A stretch of DNA of 64,000 bases from positions 1 to 64,000 of the forward strand of contig KZ538419.1 in the NCBI GenBank assembly GCA_000934665.2, in the 5' to 3' direction. How positions within the stretch are numbered: the first letter of the stretch is position 1; each line of letters begins with the position of its first letter. Shown here one piece after another: positions 61,733 to 64,000 of the stretch. The notes under the pieces were generated by a model. It was not told the DNA's origin. It saw nothing but the letters and a program-made list of their open reading frames with translations, and ran no database searches. Position numbers and translations under genes: made by a program. Source of the DNA: Catajapyx aquilonaris (taxonomy: Eukaryota).

Positions 61733-64000
61733 CAAAAGCTGTACCGCCTGCCCACAGCCATGGGGTAATAACAATGAGGGGCAGGTGCTTAACACTTCTG
61801 GGAGGAGGACAGACTTTCTTGTAAGATGCTGGTCGTGAATCTGTTTAGCTTTTACAGAAATGTTGGTACTGTTAATTTTAACCGAACCTCCCTTCACGCA
61901 TAATTCAGTTAATATCAGGAAGTAATGCTTTAATTGCAGAAGTGAAATTTCCATCGGGAGATAATTTTGCAACGTAATTTCTTATTATTAGTGCAGATAT
62001 TCAGATGTAAGCGATGCTTTTTGTACGTAAGAGTGTCGACCTTCCTGCGCTACGAGTGCTGTAAAATATTTGCTGTCGTGTGAGTTCGAAATCGTTGCCC
62101 AATAAGGACTTGTTGCTCATGTGTGTTTGCTGCTCTGATTTACGGTGATTTGTTGTCAAACTTCACTGCAAGCGACAAGAAAGGAAATGCAGTAATCAGC
62201 TCCAATCCTGAGCTACAATTAGGGTAACAATACCAGTGAAAGCAATCCAGATTTTTCACATCAGCTTTTATAGAAAGCACCACATACGTTTACAGTCAAT
62301 ATATGCCACGAATATTTAGAATATAAATTAAATAAACTATGAGCAAATAAATGTACCATCGAATGGTCCAGTGTAAAATATAACATGCATATTTAAAATT
62401 CTTCAATGTGATAACTGTAAGTGCAATCAATACACATTGGAAGGTTGCAATTCAGGGATTTGATACGTTACTGCAGATATGCTGAAATTGCAGCTTTTTC
62501 ACACACAAAAAAAAAATGTTCAAAATATGCATGCCACTTGATGACTTTTATACTCGTGACAATCATCCCGAGTTTTTACGTCCCACTATATTGACGAGCA
62601 ACACGTAAGCCCAGGTTACGAACAACTGAAGACTTTATCAATTATTGCTTAAGTGCACGTAATTGTACCTCAAGACATAACAGGACTGCACGAGAGAATT
62701 ATGACTATTGACCTCATCTCTTCAGCTTGTAATCATGGTTTTTTTCCTGCTTACCAGAGGATACATGCATTGTTTGTCAATGGGTTGTGATGTTTTTAAG
62801 TGTGTACAATCTTGTCCCCCCCAATTATGACATGCTAAGAGCACAATTACATGTGACACAAGGTGAACATTATGCAGGACCATAGATTAATATGTAGCGT
62901 ACTGCATTCAAACCAAGTACTGAACTGATTCAAGGCCCAGTTTATACTTTTTCCAGCACTTTCCCTCACTAGTCGTGGGCCACATATCTGGGGGGAAAAA
63001 CAAGAGTGCGAAAAAGTGACTGAGTGTGACTTCATAGGGTTTTTTTGCACTATTGTAAATTGAAAGAGAGAGAGAGAAGTTGCCAATTTTTTAAATGAAG
63101 ATAAAAAAAATTTAATGCACTATTGTAGCTTTTTACTGATGGTGATAAAGCGCACCACAACTGCAGGAAAAAATCCACACGTTAATTTAACCTTGATGAG
63201 ACTAGAGAGAATCAAGCGCGCAATTATTGTAAATATGGCTGTGATATTTTTTTATCGCTTCCCCCCGCCCCACACCGGATTCTAATCCACACTATAGTGT
63301 TGTGTTATTCTGTTGTGTTAACGTCAATCCAGTTCCTGCTGTAAATATTGGATTGAAAGGATTTTAAAAAGAAATTGAGTCACGTTTTGATGTTAACTAC
63401 CGTAGGTGTTAGCGTGTTGCACTGTACATAGCTTTAACAAAAAAATGCATGTTTCTTTTTTTATTTGTGCATTTATTGTGACAGGTTTAAGTCTGTCCTA
63501 AAGAGAGAGGAGGTAGAAGGGGGTTTTATAAGAAGATGGTTCCTTTTTTTTTTTAAACGTGAAAGTGGCAACGACTGAGGGAGTTGCGGTTCATACTACA
63601 GTTGTGTATTTTGCATTACCTTGTATTTGTGTATGAGATGGCAGACTTTAAAAAAGTGGCTGCTTTGAGCAAAAAAAAAATGTGGCTTCTCATTTCTTGA
63701 CGAAAAAAAAAAAAGGTTTGTTTTCTAAAGCCCTTCACAAAAGGACCTGGGTAAGTTTATTGTCGCATGTTTCGCATTTCATGTCCACCTCGGTGTTAGT
63801 TACAGTGCGCGAAGTGAAAAGCACTTATGCTCTGATCGCATGATTATGTAGCTTTGAATTATTATCATGTTATAAGGTGTAGTTGTGATGCTACTTGTGC
63901 TAACCCGTACTGTTTGTCCTAAGCCGTTTCGATCACTCTTGAAATAATGTTTTGTGCAAATGAGCTTTTTTGGCACTTCAAAAGGTCCAATTTGAGTGTT

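Overview
Intron-containing, AT-rich invertebrate genomic DNA, most likely arthropod. Positions 1-4.8 kb are nested transposon debris: a Helitron-like end, an hAT element with an 8-bp TSD inserted into a foldback element, a mariner fragment, a USP-like fragment and a satellite. From ~5 to ~55 kb lies a dense cluster of predicted type II Golgi glycan-modifying genes from several unrelated families. It holds 2 GT31 beta-1,3-glycosyltransferases, 1 complete and 1 truncated divergent GT32-like gene, 1 GT11 alpha-1,2-fucosyltransferase, 1 GT7 beta-1,4-Gal(NAc)-transferase and 8 tandem GT32 alpha-1,4-glycosyltransferases (A4GALT/alpha4GT type). It also holds 3 DUF229 alkaline-phosphatase-superfamily genes, one frameshifted, plus a DUF229 fragment. 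A diptericin/attacin-C-like glycine-rich peptide gene with kB-like sites and a small tail-anchored ORF sit inside the cluster. An intronless CaaX-ending ORF lies head-to-head with a ZDHHC9/14/18-type palmitoyltransferase at the right end. Main hypothesis: this is an animal glycan biosynthetic gene cluster resembling the arthro-series glycolipid pathway, and DUF229 proteins are candidate glycan phosphoethanolamine/phosphocholine transferases. Gene models and family calls were made by eye from splice sites and motifs; no database searches were run.
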